Shown: positions 61,801 through 64,000 of the stretch, piece by piece | Position numbering within the stretch: the first letter of the stretch is position 1 | Layout of the letters: each line of letters begins with the position of its first letter | Made by a program: the position numbers and the translations under genes | The notes under the pieces: model-generated | Seen by the model: only the letters and a program-made list of their open reading frames with translations | What the model was told of the DNA's origin: nothing | The model's database searches: none | Source of the DNA: Raillietiella orientalis | Taxonomy: Eukaryota | NCBI GenBank assembly: GCA_036172245.1 | Contig: JAYWIR010000036.1 | Location: 496,001 to 560,000 of the forward strand | Length of the DNA stretch: 64,000 nt | Direction of reading: 5' to 3'

Positions 61801-63968
61801 TGGAGAAGTGCAACGAGAAGGTGCGCAAGTGGAAGAATTTGTACTTTGAGCTGTATGTGTACGACTCCGATGTGCTGCTCTACTCCTTTGACAACCCCAA
61901 GGTGAGCCTCCACGCCCTACCAATGTTGCACACATGCATGGGTGACTTATACATGTGCAGCGCACCAAGCCCCGAGGCTTCATCGATCTGACGTGCTCCT
62001 ACCTATACCCCGTTCACGACTCGCTCTTTGACAAGCAGAGCTGCTTCCAGCTGGTAGAGCGTGCTCTGCCCTGCATGGCCACCGTCACCTACTTGAGTGT
62101 AGCATCCCCAGATGAGCTGCAGGTACAAACACAACCTGCCGCTTCTTGATAACAGAATTTCTCTCTCCTTTTTTCTCCACAGACATGGCTGACCACCCTG
62201 AAGTCATTCTGTGCCACCAGACTGAGTTTTGCCCCAAAGTTGCCCTCTGTGCGTGAGGTGCGCACTTTGACTCTCTCTGTGCTTAAGGCTCACAAGTAGG
62301 GAAAGGGTTGGCAGGGAAGGGTTGGTGTTTTCAGCAGCATTTTTTCTCCCCTCCTCTTCCTTCTTTTTCCCTTCTCCTTTCTCCTTCCCTTATTTCCCAT
62401 CCCCTCTTCTGCTGTGTACCACTGGAAGGCTGCCTGCCAAATGGGTGCCCACCCCATTCTGCCTGGTGCAGTTCAACCAAGTGAAGGTGGCGCGGACACG
62501 GACTGAGAGTGGAGCTGACCCTGTCTGGGATGAGGAGTTTGCCATGGAGTGCGTATGCTTTGAGCACGCCGGTTGCAGGAACGCAGCACGCTCTGGCGTC
62601 CCAGTGATCTTCCTGCAGATGTATCCACAATCACCATCACTGTCATGAACCAGGGGCGGAGGTCAAAGGATACGGAGGTGGCTGAGGTCGTCATTGACCT
62701 GCAGGACCTGAACGTCGGCAGGGCAGTGGAGGACTGGTACACACTCATGGGGGTCACACCTGTGGGAGAATGGGGGATGCTGCGGCTGCGGCTGCTCTAC
62801 ATGCATGACCTGGTCATGCCCCTGGAGGAGTACTCAGCCCTGAGGGAGCTTATTGTGGATTCACAGCTGGAGGTGGTTCGCACACTGGCAGATCTCTGCC
62901 ATAATGACTACAACCCCCTGGCACAGGCATTGCTCCCCATCTTCAGGTTTCTTTTAATCCACCCCACCTCAACAAGTGAAAGCAGACATCCCAAAACTTC
63001 TTTTGCAGGCAGGAAAAGAAGGAGGTGATGTTGCTACAGACACTTAATGATCTGGAGATCAGTAAAGAAGAAGAGACGAGCACACTTTTTCGCTCCACGT
63101 CTCTGGCCACTAGGATCATGGATCTGTACATGAAGGCCGAGTGTCATGGCTTCCTTAGTGCCACCATTGGAGGTGTCATCCAGCGCATACTGGAGTCCCG
63201 CCAGTCCTGCGAGGTATGTGGCCAGTGTGTATATGGTCTGTGTACTGATGGACACAAACCTACCAGTTAAACCCTAATAAGGTGGACAGCAGTCTTGCAT
63301 GTGCCAATGCAGAGTTTCTGCTGCAAGTGCTAGACCAGCTAAGTGAAAACATCTTCTCCTCCTGCAACCAGTGCCCAGCCACCCTACGTCACATCTTCAG
63401 TTGCCTACAGGCAACAGTGACAGCAAAGTGGCCCAATGAACGGTTTGTCCGCACAAGGGTCGTTAGTGGTTTCGTTTTCCTGCGTCTTCTCTGTCCTGCC
63501 CTGCTGAATCCCCGATGCTTTCGGCTAGTGGCTGACTCCCCCCCACAGCAGGCTGCTCGCTCCCTTGTTATGATAGCCAAGTGCCTGCAGAACCTTGCAA
63601 ACTTGGTTGAATTCGGATGCAAAGAATCCTACATGGAAGTGGTCAATCCATTTATTTTGAAAAACAAAGAAAGGATGATTGTCTTCCTGGACCAACTTGG
63701 GGTGCGTTTTTTTTTTTTCTTGCAAATTGTGATCCTCATGCTTTTTTGTTTTTGGGTCTTGCAGAGCATCAAGGATAAACCAGATGTAGATTACTCCCAG
63801 TGGAAAGAGGATGTTGCTAAAGATCTTGGCAGCATCCACGATATCTGCATAGCACACCTGAGAGAGCTGCAGACACTGAGTCGGACACGTCCTGTCATTC
63901 GAAAACTGGTTACTGTCACTGAGATGCTAACAAAGCACAAACAAAAGTATTTTGAGATGTTAAGATAA
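55803..63968 (+). CDS. RASA1: Ras GTPase-activating protein 1 (p120-RasGAP; SH2-SH3-SH2-PH-C2-RasGAP); 14 exons: 55803-55978, 59770-59916, 60663-60869, 60984-61186, 61289-61509, 61616-61721, 61780-61901, 61961-62122, 62183-62295, 62429-62548, 62605-62946, 63009-63213, 63267-63701, 63765-63968; 920 aa
   Basis: All 13 introns are GT-AG and in phase, and the exons total 2763 nt. Recognised domains: SH2 (WFHGRLDR...YLVRESERKPGSYVLS), SH3 (AVLPYTKMPETDELSFKKGD...GWLWVT), second SH2 (SFLVRPSDNSPGDYSL), PH (KWKNLYF...PRGFIDL), C2 (PVWDEEF) and GAP with the arginine finger TLFRSTSLAT and signature GFVFLRLLCPALLNP. Confidence 0.97.
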
Positions 63969-64000
63969 AAATTGGAAGCATACTTCTTCTTTTTTTTTTT

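Noticed and set aside
1..64000. CRISPR arrays, tRNA/rRNA genes, intact transposons, prokaryotic operons
   Set aside because: No regularly spaced repeats, T-loop/cloverleaf, rRNA-like sequence, LTR pairs or intact pol/transposase ORFs were seen by eye; gene structure is clearly spliceosomal. tRNAscan-SE and Infernal would be needed to exclude small RNAs.

Overview
Eukaryotic (arthropod, probably chelicerate; inferred from the gene families) genomic DNA with spliceosomal introns. Most ORFs in the supplied track are artefacts of high GC. Hand-splicing on GT-AG sites with consistent phases gives six gene models. These are RPB6/POLR2F (-, 4 exons, 127 aa), three tandem minus-strand secreted-protein genes (an orphan-like ~159 aa protein and two single-CBM14/peritrophin-A chitin-binding proteins of ~318 and ~380 aa), an R7BP/RGS7BP-like gene (+, 5-6 coding exons), and a complete p120-RasGAP/RASA1 gene (+, 14 coding exons, 920 aa) whose first exon lies 3.8 kb upstream. 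The window is a compositional mosaic. AT-rich, CpG-poor islands carry RPB6 and the RasGAP ends. A ~45 kb GC- and CpG-rich domain between them has multi-kb introns and very decayed Ty3/Gypsy and L1/Tx1-like fossils. No prokaryote-type system (CRISPR, operon) and no tRNA or rRNA was seen. The most interesting leads are the secreted/chitin-binding cluster, a pre-miRNA-like intronic hairpin, stop-free 3n introns in RasGAP and the CpG pattern along RasGAP. No database searches were possible.
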